From NCBI GenBank assembly GCA_910589145.1, contig CAJUSD010000001.1, forward strand, positions 144,184 through 208,183: DNA of 64,000 nt, read 5' to 3'. A program made the translations under genes and the position numbers. Within the stretch, counting starts at the first letter, position 1, and every line of letters starts with the position of its first letter. Below, piece after piece: positions 35,445 to 43,706 of the stretch. The notes beneath the pieces are model-generated. The model searched no databases, had not been told where the DNA came from, and was given only the letters and a program-made list of their open reading frames with translations. Origin of the DNA: an uncultured Oscillospiraceae bacterium (GTDB lineage: Bacteria > Bacillota > Clostridia > Oscillospirales > Ruminococcaceae).

Positions 35445-36041
35445 TTATTTGCTAACAATAAAGATACTTTCAGCCCACCTTTTAACCCGCTCCCCTGTTT
35501 CCGGGGCAGTCAAATAAGCAGTGTCCAAAGAGTCTACTTCTTCCCTGCTCCGAAACCATTCCCGTTTTAATGGCATAAGCGACCGGATATAAAAATCAAA
35601 AAAGCCTCTGGTACGGGAGGCGTCCTGCTTTTTCCTTTGTTGGAGGATCTTTTCATCCGCCTCCAGGAAAAGAATTTTGTCCGGCATACACTCCCGTAGC
35701 ATTGCCAGCTCTTGTTTCAGCGGTTCGGCTATCTCCCATTCCCTTCCTATGGCTTTGGGGTAGTTCAGGGTATAAAATTCGACCTCCTCTGCACCAAAAT
35801 CCATCACGACCTTGGAATACTGGGAAACCCGCTCCCAGCGCTCAATTTCATGGAGGATATACAGCCGCTGGATTTCAAGATAATCTTCATAAATATCTTT
35901 TTTCAATCCACGCTCTTTTACCTTTTGAACCACAGCGGCGTTGTCTTCAAAGGATACATGGATTTCCGGCGCGTGCTGCTGGAGATAGCGGGCGGCGGTT
36001 GTTTTGCCCGCCGCCATACAACCTTGAAGGGATAAAATCAT
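35445..36041 (-). CDS. P-loop kinase, deoxynucleoside-kinase/NMP-kinase-like
   Basis: Has the Walker A motif GCMAAGKTT and an Arg/Lys-rich LID-like QQRKKQDASRTR. I prefer ATG 36041 (RBS gggag, 4 nt after the permease stop) over 36080. Confidence 0.6.
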   Translation of the reverse strand: MILSLQGCMAAGKTTAARYLQQHAPEIHVSFEDNAAVVQKVKERGLKKDIYEDYLEIQRLYILHEIERWERVSQYSKVVMDFGAEEVEFYTLNYPKAIGREWEIAEPLKQELAMLRECMPDKILFLEADEKILQQRKKQDASRTRGFFDFYIRSLMPLKREWFRSREEVDSLDTAYLTAPETGERVKRWAESIFIVSK

Positions 36042-36045
36042 TTTT

Positions 36046-36852
36046 TCAGCTCCCTGTACTCTTATAATGCTTGACTCCAAACTTCCACACCAACCAGGAA
36101 GCCAGCAAAAACCCTGCCCCCACCGGCAGCGGCAGCCAGCCCTTCCACATGGGTTCTCCCCAGCCGCAGATGGCAGACATGGGGTAGTAGCTGATCACCA
36201 GCACTGGGATGATAAAGGTAAACACCCGGTACAGCGCCTTGGGCATATATTCCACCGGGCACCTTGTCACCTGATACCCTGCATTTGTGAAAATGTAAAT
36301 CCAGTCTATTGCCTGTATGGTAAAGAAGGAGATGCCGGAGGTGAGGATAAACACCCCTGCATACATCAAAAAGCCTCCCAGCAGCGCAGCCAAAAGCATT
36401 AGGAGCCGGGCCGGATTCATGATGACATGATGCTTGCCAAAGAGAAAGGCAATAACCCCCAGCCCGCACAGCGGCCGCGACAGCCTGTGGAGATGGAAAG
36501 CGGATGCGGCAACCTGCAAAGTAAGCGGTCTTGGCCGGAGCAGAACCCTGTCAAATCCTCCTTTGCGCACCATGCCGTAGGGGAAGGAATCGAATCCCCG
36601 GCAGAAAACTTCCGCCAGCCCGAAGGCGGTTACAGCGGTAAAGTAGATCAGAAGGATCCGGTCTACGGACCATTCCCCGATGTTCCCAAAGCGGTCAAAC
36701 ATCAGCAGGGTGGAGATGACGTCGGAAAAGACGACAAAGATAACCTGAATCAGCATCATCCACCAGCCCTTATACTGGACGCCGGAGCGGGCATGGATGC
36801 GGATATACTGCCAGTAGAGGGAAAGATTTCCGGGAGAAGTACTCGCTTTCAT
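36046..36852 (-). CDS. ABC-2 family permease (DUF990 / ABC2_membrane_6-like)
   Basis: 268 aa, 6 TM, second of two paralogous permeases. Confidence 0.7.
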   Translation of the reverse strand: MKASTSPGNLSLYWQYIRIHARSGVQYKGWWMMLIQVIFVVFSDVISTLLMFDRFGNIGEWSVDRILLIYFTAVTAFGLAEVFCRGFDSFPYGMVRKGGFDRVLLRPRPLTLQVAASAFHLHRLSRPLCGLGVIAFLFGKHHVIMNPARLLMLLAALLGGFLMYAGVFILTSGISFFTIQAIDWIYIFTNAGYQVTRCPVEYMPKALYRVFTFIIPVLVISYYPMSAICGWGEPMWKGWLPLPVGAGFLLASWLVWKFGVKHYKSTGS

Positions 36853-36858
36853 AAAACA

Positions 36859-37722
36859 TCAACCTCCCTGCACCACAATATTTTTCAGCTGCCTGTTCAT
36901 AACTAGGTTTCCCAAAAAGATAAAGAAGCCAGACCAAAGAATCTGCAGTCCTACCGCCCACACAGCGTCAGACGGCGCAAGGGAGCCGATGTAAAGGCGT
37001 ATCGGCAGATCGGCGTATCCGGCGAAGGGCTGAAACAGAAGGAACTTCTGCATAAAATCTGGCCAAAGCTGCAAAGGAAGATAGGTGCCGGACAGCACAC
37101 CGGGAACCAGCAGCAGAATAAACATGGGGCCATTTCCCCAGGAAACATTCATACGAACAGATGTGACAAACATCCCGTAAGAGGTGCAGAGCAGCAGTGA
37201 TCCCACCGCCGAAATCAGCGTGGCTGCAAACCCCGCCGGGGAAGCGGGCAGGGACATCCGATAACCGCCCGGCAGGATGATGCCCGCCAGCAGCACCATC
37301 GCACCCCGCACCGGCAAACTGCTTAAATTGATGGCCGCCAGCCTGGCGAACCAGTGGCGGTAAAGGCGCATAGGGCGGCATAGCTCCAAGCCCACATCGC
37401 CGGAGGTGATTTTCTGCGTAAACTCCCCGGGAACACGGGGCTGTATCAGGAACATAAACTGTCCCAGCCAAATGTAAGAGGCAAGCTGTTGAAGGGTCAT
37501 TCCTGCGGCGATTCCGGCAGCATTGTTGTCAGCATATCTGTAAAAGACAGTGTAGACTGTAATCTCAACAATTCCCCAGAAAATACTGGTGGCAGCTCCC
37601 GCAAGGGCGGCAATTCGGTACTGCACCTTTTGCAGCAGTTCAATGCGGAAAATAGAGAAATACGCTTTCCAGGGCGCGGTTTTGGAAGGCGGGCTTGCTG
37701 TCATCCGAATTTCTGCGCTCAT
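36859..37722 (-). CDS. ABC-2 family permease (DUF990 / ABC2_membrane_6-like)
   Basis: 287 aa, polytopic. Overlaps the ATPase gene by 4 nt. Confidence 0.7.
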   Translation of the reverse strand: MSAEIRMTASPPSKTAPWKAYFSIFRIELLQKVQYRIAALAGAATSIFWGIVEITVYTVFYRYADNNAAGIAAGMTLQQLASYIWLGQFMFLIQPRVPGEFTQKITSGDVGLELCRPMRLYRHWFARLAAINLSSLPVRGAMVLLAGIILPGGYRMSLPASPAGFAATLISAVGSLLLCTSYGMFVTSVRMNVSWGNGPMFILLLVPGVLSGTYLPLQLWPDFMQKFLLFQPFAGYADLPIRLYIGSLAPSDAVWAVGLQILWSGFFIFLGNLVMNRQLKNIVVQGG

Positions 37723-38708
37723 AATGACATCTCCTTATACATTGCGGCAATCATCTGGTCAATATCCTGTTCTTCAATGGTCAGATCCCGCAGAGTAAAA
37801 GCTTCTGCTAATAGGGCGGCAGCTCTGGGGGCTGGGAAGTCTTTGGGATGAAACATGGCGGTTACAGTGTCCCCTTCTATGGAAAGATCGGACAATCCCG
37901 CCAGAACAGGAAGCTCCTTTTCATTTCCCCATTCCTGGGAAAGCCTCGCGCGGATGCGGTGCAGGGGCGCATATCTTTCTTTGAGGGCATCCAAGGAGCC
38001 GTCATAAAGCAGCTTGCCATGGCCGATGGTCATAACCCGCTGACAGAGCGCTTCAATATCATCCATATCGTGGGTGGTCAGGAGGATGGTCACACCTGTT
38101 TTTTGATTTTCTTCTTTGAGGAACCGGCGCAGAGAGAGCTTGGACACTGCGTCCAGGCCAATGGTCGGCTCGTCCAAAAAGAGAATATCCGGCGAATGAA
38201 GGAGCGCGGCGGCGATTTCACAGCGCATCCTCTGGCCCAAAGAGAGCTGCCGCACCGGAACATTCCGCAGTGCTTCCAGTTCCAAAGCCTTGGAGAGCTG
38301 TGAAATCCTGTCCAGATACTTTCCGTGGGGGACAGAATACACATCCCGGAGGAACTGGAAGGAATCTTCTACCGGAACATCCCACCAAAGCTGGCTCCGC
38401 TGTCCAAAGACAACCCCGATATGGCCAACATAAGCTTCCCGCTCCTTCCAGGGGACACGGCCAAGGATACGGCACTCGCCGCCGTCAGGGTTTAGGATAC
38501 CGCTCATAACCTTGACAGTGGTGGATTTTCCCGCCCCGTTAGGGCCTATGTAGCCCACCAGCTCCCCGGCTTCCACCGAGAAAGTAATATTTTCCAGGGC
38601 TTGAACCTTCCGCTTTTCCCGGACAAAGATTCCCCGCAGGCGGTTCCCCTTCTGCGGGACGGAGACAGTGAAGGCTTTTTCAATGCGGTTGAGATAGATT
38701 TGCTGCAT
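37719..38708 (-). CDS. ABC transporter ATP-binding protein
   Basis: Has Walker A GPNGAGKST, signature LSLGQRMR and Walker B ILFLDEPT. Start ATG 38708 has RBS aaaggag. The ORF-track extension to 38891 contains the promoter. Confidence 0.85.
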   Translation of the reverse strand: MQQIYLNRIEKAFTVSVPQKGNRLRGIFVREKRKVQALENITFSVEAGELVGYIGPNGAGKSTTVKVMSGILNPDGGECRILGRVPWKEREAYVGHIGVVFGQRSQLWWDVPVEDSFQFLRDVYSVPHGKYLDRISQLSKALELEALRNVPVRQLSLGQRMRCEIAAALLHSPDILFLDEPTIGLDAVSKLSLRRFLKEENQKTGVTILLTTHDMDDIEALCQRVMTIGHGKLLYDGSLDALKERYAPLHRIRARLSQEWGNEKELPVLAGLSDLSIEGDTVTAMFHPKDFPAPRAAALLAEAFTLRDLTIEEQDIDQMIAAMYKEMSL

Positions 38709-38742
38709 GGTATAACGCTCCTTTCCATTTTGAGGTTTTATC

Positions 38743-38771
38743 ATTATAGCAGAATCAGCGCCATAGGACAA
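38743..38771 (-). promoter_or_regulatory. Sigma-70-type promoter of the ABC-2/kinase operon
   Basis: On the minus strand: TTGTCC (38771-38766), 17-nt spacer, extended TGcTATAAT (-10 at 38748-38743). Confidence 0.55.
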
Positions 38772-39013
38772 AGTTCTTCCTCCCCTTCCAGGATGCTTCC
38801 CTGAAATCCATAGCTGGGAACAGGTGAAAAGCTCTTTTTTTCTCAAAATTCCTTGACATTTTAATGTTTCCATAGTATAGTATATATACAATCTGGATTG
38901 GAAACCAGGGTGTGTGTTTATATTCGTGTCAAAATCAGCTCATATACTGTTTTTTATTCATCTTCCCTTATAAAAAGGGGAGATTTTCTTTTGCCGGGAA
39001 ACGCTATCATCGA

Positions 39014-39059
39014 AAATAAAAAAGGAGCTGTGAGGAAAGTTAAAATCCTCACAGCTCCT
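39014..39059 (-). terminator. Intrinsic terminator of the GNAT gene
   Basis: Stem is ggagctgtgagga / tcctcacagctcc, followed on the minus strand by ttttttatttt. Confidence 0.75.
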
Positions 39060-39068
39060 CTGTTATGT

Positions 39069-39593
39069 TTACTTTTTCATCTCGTAAAAGCAATATTCAT
39101 GGGGAGCATCGTCATTGATATCCTGATACTGCCTTGTTTCCAACAAACGGAAGCCAACCCGCTCCAAGGTTTTGCAGGATGCAGGATTGTCTGCCTTGGC
39201 GGCGGCGGTTATCCTGTCTGTGTTATAGTTTTTCAGAAAGTAATCCGTGTACGCTTTGGCAGCTTCCAAAGCGAATCCCTGCCTTCTGTACGCCGAACCG
39301 ATAAAATAGGTAAGCCCTGTCTCCCCTAAATCCTGATAGTATGAGCATCCCACCGAGCCGATTACGGCACCATCCTTTTTATTCACAACAGCATAGGCTA
39401 AATAATCCTTTTTAGGATTGTTTTCCAGGTCAAGCTGGATCGCTTCCCGAAGCCAGCCGCCCATCCATTTCCCGCACTCCCGGCAGTCGCCAAAAATCTC
39501 ATAAAGGCTTCCATCAGAGGCCATTTCAATAAAAGCGGATTTGTCCTCTGGTTTTAGGCTGCGGATGATTAAACGCTCAGTTATAATTTCCAT
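39069..39593 (-). CDS. GNAT family N-acetyltransferase (RimJ/RimL-like)
   Basis: 174 aa. Has the MEIITERLIIRSLKPED start and YRRQGFALEAAKAYTDY. Confidence 0.85.
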   Translation of the reverse strand: MEIITERLIIRSLKPEDKSAFIEMASDGSLYEIFGDCRECGKWMGGWLREAIQLDLENNPKKDYLAYAVVNKKDGAVIGSVGCSYYQDLGETGLTYFIGSAYRRQGFALEAAKAYTDYFLKNYNTDRITAAAKADNPASCKTLERVGFRLLETRQYQDINDDAPHEYCFYEMKK

Positions 39594-39613
39594 GTTTTTC
39601 CTTTCTTCAATAT

Positions 39614-39647
39614 AAAAGATGCTGTAACGCTCTTGCTACAGCATCTT
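39614..39647 (-). terminator. Intrinsic terminator after yafQ
   Basis: Stem is aagatgctgta / tacagcatctt, with a T-rich tail on the minus strand. Confidence 0.55.
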
Positions 39648-39673
39648 CTGTACACAAAAAGGTTGAATTTCTA

Positions 39674-39946
39674 TCAGAATAAATCGCTGTGCGAACCAGT
39701 TGTGGTAAGATATAAAATTAAATCTTTTCCGTCTATTTCATAAATCAAAAGCCAGCCTGGGGCAATATGACACTCACGACAGCCAACGTATCTGCCATAA
39801 AGCGGATGATCGTGATTTTTGGGCGGCAGCTGCTCCCCTGCCGCCAATTTTTTCACAATATCCGTAAGCAGTGAAAGATCAAATCCCCGCCTTTTTATCC
39901 GTTTCAAATCTCTCTGAAACTTTACAGTTGGCCTTATCTGATACAT
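39674..39946 (-). CDS. yafQ: Type II toxin, YafQ family (RelE/ParE superfamily mRNA interferase)
   Basis: 90 aa. Has KFQRDLKRIKRRGFDLS, DHPLYGRYVGCRECHIAPGWLLIY and TGSHSDLF. Confidence 0.85.
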   Translation of the reverse strand: MYQIRPTVKFQRDLKRIKRRGFDLSLLTDIVKKLAAGEQLPPKNHDHPLYGRYVGCRECHIAPGWLLIYEIDGKDLILYLTTTGSHSDLF

Positions 39947-40224
39947 TATGCAAGCAGCTCCTTCATCATCTGGTCAACATCGGTATAAGTTTTACCGACA
40001 GTTGGGTCTGCCTTCATACGCTGCACTTCCTCTATGGCTTCGATTGTTTCTGAATTTGGTATATCACCGCTGATATCAAAAGGCATCCTGTATTCCTGTA
40101 CTGCTTTTTTTGCAAAAACATTGAAAGCTGTTGCCATAGATATACCCATATTATCACAAAAATCCTCAAATTGCTGCTTTAAATCTGCATCCATAGGAAT
40201 ATGGACGATTGCAGTATTATCCAT
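39946..40224 (-). CDS. dinJ: Type II antitoxin, RelB/DinJ family
   Basis: 92 aa. Has an RHH N-terminus (IPMDADLKQQFEDFCDNMGISMATAFNVFAKKAV) and a 1-nt overlap with the toxin gene. Confidence 0.85.
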   Translation of the reverse strand: MDNTAIVHIPMDADLKQQFEDFCDNMGISMATAFNVFAKKAVQEYRMPFDISGDIPNSETIEAIEEVQRMKADPTVGKTYTDVDQMMKELLA

Positions 40225-40257
40225 AACATCAACCCCTTTTCACCTTAATTATATTTA

Positions 40258-40418
40258 GAACCTGTATTCATAACCGAGGGATGCCGGATGGATGAGGATT
40301 TTTCCCGTCAGACAAGGAGATTTTCCGCAGCCATACTGACGTATGGCAAGGGAAACCGACGCAGTATGGCGGGAAAAAGACCAGCCGGACGGCGTGCAGC
40401 GGTTGTGAATACAGGTTC
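40258..40418. repeat. A-family 161-bp TIR hairpin element (copy A2)
   Basis: 158/161 identical to 3207-3367. Ends 19 nt from the stop of the M20 gene. Confidence 0.85.
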
Positions 40419-40436
40419 TTAGTTTTCTTTATATTG

Positions 40437-41591
40437 TCAACAACCTTTAAAATAACTCAAAACCGAAGCCGCAACAATCTTCAAGCCAGGAACCAAACTT
40501 TCCAGTTCAATAGATTCCCCGCGGGTATGGGCTCCTTTCCCATTGTATCCGCCAAAGCAGATGGAAGGAATCCCCATGGAAAACGGGATGTTGCAGTCAG
40601 TGGAGCCAGAACCTGCTGCCGGCTCCACCCCTCCATTGTAGGCTTTCATAATGGATGAAAACCTCTTTTCCAGCTCCGCCTGGGCTTGGGGGTCCACCTC
40701 GCCCATGCAGGGGCGCTTGCCCATAACCTCTATGTCTATTTCAACGCCCATATTGCGGTAAGCGTCGATCAGGCTGTAAAACATCTTCTCCATCCGGTCA
40801 ATACAGACCTTGGAATCGGAGCGGTATTCATACAGCATGGAAACCTGCTGGGCGATGGTATTCACAGAAGTTCCGCCGGAGATAGCGCCTACATTATAAG
40901 TGGTCCTGCTGTCACCGTCCTGGGGGACTTTGACAGAATACAGCGCAGTAATCAGGCTGGACATGACTGCAATGGCGTTGCGGTTGCCAAAGCTGCCGTA
41001 GGAATGGCCGCCCTCTGTCCGAACCTCCACCCGGTACCGGTGGGAACCAACAGATTTGTTGCAATAATGGGTCATTCCGCCGTCCAGGGAAACGACTGCG
41101 GCCACCCGGCCTTCAAAGTCCTTCATCAGCTGGCGGCATCCCTTTAAATTGCCGAGCCCCTCCTCGCCGGAGTTGAAGACAAATAACATCCCGCAGCTTG
41201 GGGTCAGCTTCTTCTCGATGACATATTTAACGGTGGTCAGCAGAACTGCAACGTTGGCAGTATCGTCCCCCACACCGGGACAATACAGCCTCCCATCCTC
41301 TTCTTTCATAGGCATTGGCTCCATATCGGGGAAAACCGTGTCGGTGTGGGCCATAAAGACGACGATATCATTCCGGTTTTCGCAGCTGACAGGATAGACG
41401 ACATTTAACGCCTCATCAATATAGACGCCCTGCGCTCCGATATTTTCCAGCCAGCCTTTAATCCAGGCAGCGCGTTTTTCCTCATGGTTGGAGGGCGCGG
41501 GAATTTTGCAGAGTTCTTTGAGAAGCACAACGGTTTCCGAATAGCGGGAGGCAATGTCTTTCTCTGTTTTAGGGGAAAGCAAGTATTCCAT
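40437..41591 (-). CDS. M20/M25/M40 family metallohydrolase (peptidase-T/ArgE-like)
   Basis: 384 aa. Has AHTDTVFP, GVGDDTANV and NSGEEGLGNLKG. Confidence 0.8.
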   Translation of the reverse strand: MEYLLSPKTEKDIASRYSETVVLLKELCKIPAPSNHEEKRAAWIKGWLENIGAQGVYIDEALNVVYPVSCENRNDIVVFMAHTDTVFPDMEPMPMKEEDGRLYCPGVGDDTANVAVLLTTVKYVIEKKLTPSCGMLFVFNSGEEGLGNLKGCRQLMKDFEGRVAAVVSLDGGMTHYCNKSVGSHRYRVEVRTEGGHSYGSFGNRNAIAVMSSLITALYSVKVPQDGDSRTTYNVGAISGGTSVNTIAQQVSMLYEYRSDSKVCIDRMEKMFYSLIDAYRNMGVEIDIEVMGKRPCMGEVDPQAQAELEKRFSSIMKAYNGGVEPAAGSGSTDCNIPFSMGIPSICFGGYNGKGAHTRGESIELESLVPGLKIVAASVLSYFKGC

Positions 41592-41670
41592 GATGTTCAG
41601 CTCCTTTTTAAACTGCTTTTTTATTGGTTTGTCTCTCTGTCTGTTAAAGAATTCTATCCAACAGGTAAAA

Positions 41671-42264
41671 TTACAGATTGTGCGGTTGATAATTGGCTCT
41701 TATAACAGAGCGGGCGTCCCCGTCTATCAGCCACTCGTGAATCCCGGTATCGCCTGTCCGAAAGGAAAATTTCCTTTCCATAGGAAGACCGAAAAAAGAT
41801 CGGTAAAGCTGGCTTATCATACCTCCATGTGTAACAACAGCTATGGTGCTGTTCCCCTGGTTTTCATAGATCATTTTTGACAGCATATACTCTCCCCTGA
41901 ATCTGAATTCAAGGGCGCTTTCCTGTTCATATACCGATAAATGCCGGGGAACCTCCTGTTTAGGATACTTTTCCGCTACAATGTCGGGTTTTAATCCGGC
42001 TATCAGCCCATTGTTAAATTCCATTAAACGTTCTTCCAAAAACAACGGGGCGTTTGTCTTTAATCTCAAATATTCGGCAGTCTGTGCCGTTCTTTTGAGC
42101 GGGCTGCAATATATCCTGTCAATTTGGTAGTTCTGCGTTACATATTCGCTCATCGCTTCCGCCTGTTTATGCCCGCGTTCCGTCAGTTCAAAATCTGCCC
42201 GCCCTTCATATACGTGAAGGATGTCCGCCTCGCTTTCACCATGCCGTATTATCAAAAGCCTCAT
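41671..42264 (-). CDS. Histidine phosphatase (phosphoglycerate mutase) family protein
   Basis: 197 aa. Has the RHGESEAD catalytic motif at the N-terminus, and VTHGG. Confidence 0.85.
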   Translation of the reverse strand: MRLLIIRHGESEADILHVYEGRADFELTERGHKQAEAMSEYVTQNYQIDRIYCSPLKRTAQTAEYLRLKTNAPLFLEERLMEFNNGLIAGLKPDIVAEKYPKQEVPRHLSVYEQESALEFRFRGEYMLSKMIYENQGNSTIAVVTHGGMISQLYRSFFGLPMERKFSFRTGDTGIHEWLIDGDARSVIRANYQPHNL

Positions 42265-42472
42265 TAAATCTCCCCCCTGTCAAATTCCTTATAAACGTCA
42301 TATACAAGTTAGCCAATGGTTTTAACTTGTTCTTATTATAACAATAATGCGGCTGGAAGTCTATACCTTCACAGCCGCATTGTTTATTTAATAGTCTCTA
42401 ATAAATTTCTTTTCACCAAAATATAAGGATAATTTAATCTCCCCTCCAACCAATGGCATCAAATTAAGAAAT

Positions 42473-42672
42473 TTATATTAACGTGAGTTCGATGGGGAAA
42501 AGGGGCTTAGAAGGCTAAAATTGAAGCCACTTAACCGGTAAGGTAGAACCCCTCCGGCATCGCTTTGCTCGCCACCTCCCCTTTCAGGAGAGGCTGGGGG
42601 AGCTGCCGCTCCCCTCAACCCCTGGATTTATGCCTTTTCTTGAATTACTTCTCGTCGAACTCACGTTATATT
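42473..42672. repeat. D-type TIR element (D1, about 200 bp) of the B/D repeat superfamily
   Basis: TIRs are ttatattaacgtgagttcgatgggg and ctcgtcgaactcacgttatat. No ORF. Confidence 0.75.
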
Positions 42673-42896
42673 AACGTGAGCTTGATGGAAAAGAGCAAGA
42701 AAACCGCATGAGTATGAACCGTTTGGTACATGGCTCCCCTGAAAGGGGGTTCAGGTCAGCGAGCTGACCTGCTGCCGGAGCGTTGCGAAACTTAGTTTCG
42801 CGCGAGGCTGGGGGGTTCTACCTTGCCGTTCAAACAGTATTAAATCTAAGCTTATATCTCACATCTCCCTTTCCCCATCAAACTCACGTTAAATAT
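42667..42896. repeat. D-type TIR element (D2, about 230 bp), abutting D1, with core inverted relative to D1
   Basis: TIRs are tattaacgtgagcttgatgg and ccccatcaaactcacgttaaatat. The core is the reverse complement of the D1 core with inserted hairpins. Confidence 0.7.
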
Positions 42897-42969
42897 GTTG
42901 TATTCACTAAGTTGATAACATTGCCCCTCCAACGGATTTCCCATATCCCATTCAAACAGAAATGATTTT

Positions 42970-43155
42970 TTAATTCTTTTGGAAGTCATCATTTGCCGGA
43001 TTTGAAGCAGAAGCGTCTTGTTTCATCACCTTTAATTCTGGCTTTGGAGACTCTATATATAAATCTTCGCAATGCCGCTGGACATCTATTAACATTTGGA
43101 TCGCTTTTTCGGTTTTACGAACCATTTCCAAATACATTTCCTTATAGTCAGGCAT
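42970..43155 (-). CDS. Small hypothetical protein (61 aa), divergent from the XRE regulator
   Basis: RBS is gggggat upstream. The predicted helical sequence is MPDYKEMYLEMVRKTEKAIQMLIDVQRHCEDLYI... Confidence 0.5.
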   Translation of the reverse strand: MPDYKEMYLEMVRKTEKAIQMLIDVQRHCEDLYIESPKPELKVMKQDASASNPANDDFQKN

Positions 43156-43202
43156 TTTCTATCCCCCCAGTTAGACATAAGAAAAATTTTCCCATAATAA
43201 TT

Positions 43203-43225
43203 TATATCCGTATAATACGGATATA
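43203..43225. promoter_or_regulatory. Perfect 11-1-11 palindrome overlapping a TATAAT box (probable XRE operator)
   Basis: tatatccgtat-a-atacggatata. TATAAT lies at 43211-43216. Confidence 0.55.
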
Positions 43226-43296
43226 GATTATTATAACATTGTTTCTCCGTAGTTACAATACATATATTCAAATTTTTGTACAAAGGAGAAACGAAA

Positions 43297-43668
43297 ATGG
43301 AGCTTGACTATAAGGCAATCGGTAAGCGAATCAAAATAGCGCGGATTAAAGCGGATTTGACACAGGAACAGCTTGCTGAAAGAGTGGGAATCTCTCCCAC
43401 ACATTTGAGTAATATCGAAACAGGGACAACCCGTGTAAGCTTAACAACAATGGTTGGGCTGGCAAATGCTTTAAAGGTTACAGCTGACGATGTTCTCTGT
43501 GATAATGTTGTACACGCCAAAGTTCAATTTGAACGGGATATTTCCCAGCTTTTAGAGAGCTGCGACGCGTACGAAATCCGTATTGTTAAAGAAATGGCTG
43601 AAACCTTGATATCATCCCTCCGCAAAGGAAATTCTCTGCGTGATCAAACTCAGTTGATAAAAAGTTGA
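43297..43668 (+). CDS. XRE-family HTH transcriptional regulator
   Basis: Has LTQEQLAERVGISPTHLSNIETGTT. ATG 43297 has RBS aaaggag. Confidence 0.85.
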   Translation: MELDYKAIGKRIKIARIKADLTQEQLAERVGISPTHLSNIETGTTRVSLTTMVGLANALKVTADDVLCDNVVHAKVQFERDISQLLESCDAYEIRIVKEMAETLISSLRKGNSLRDQTQLIKS

Positions 43669-43706
43669 ATATTCCATGGTATACTGAAACCAAGGAGGCG
43701 GTATCC

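Noticed and set aside
36062-37471. Same-strand alternative-frame ORFs of 135 aa and 167 aa (36062-36469, 36968-37471) inside the ABC-2 permease genes.
   Set aside because: They are Arg/Gly/Ala-rich out-of-frame products of GC-rich membrane-protein genes and have no independent translation signals.
38772-38852. A possible cobalamin-like leader (agggaa...ggaagggg) upstream of the ABC operon.
   Set aside because: The segment lies upstream of the predicted promoter, so it is not in the transcript. It also lacks the B12 box.
38709-38891. A 61-codon N-terminal extension of the ABC ATPase, as given in the ORF track.
   Set aside because: The extension contains the operon's own -35/-10 promoter (38771-38743). 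ATG 38708 has a canonical aaaggag RBS. The extension sequence shows no ABC homology.
42473-42896. A possible CRISPR array or ToxI-like tandem RNA repeat.
   Set aside because: Only two units are present, each about 200 bp with terminal inverted repeats. There is no short repeat/spacer periodicity and there are no cas genes.
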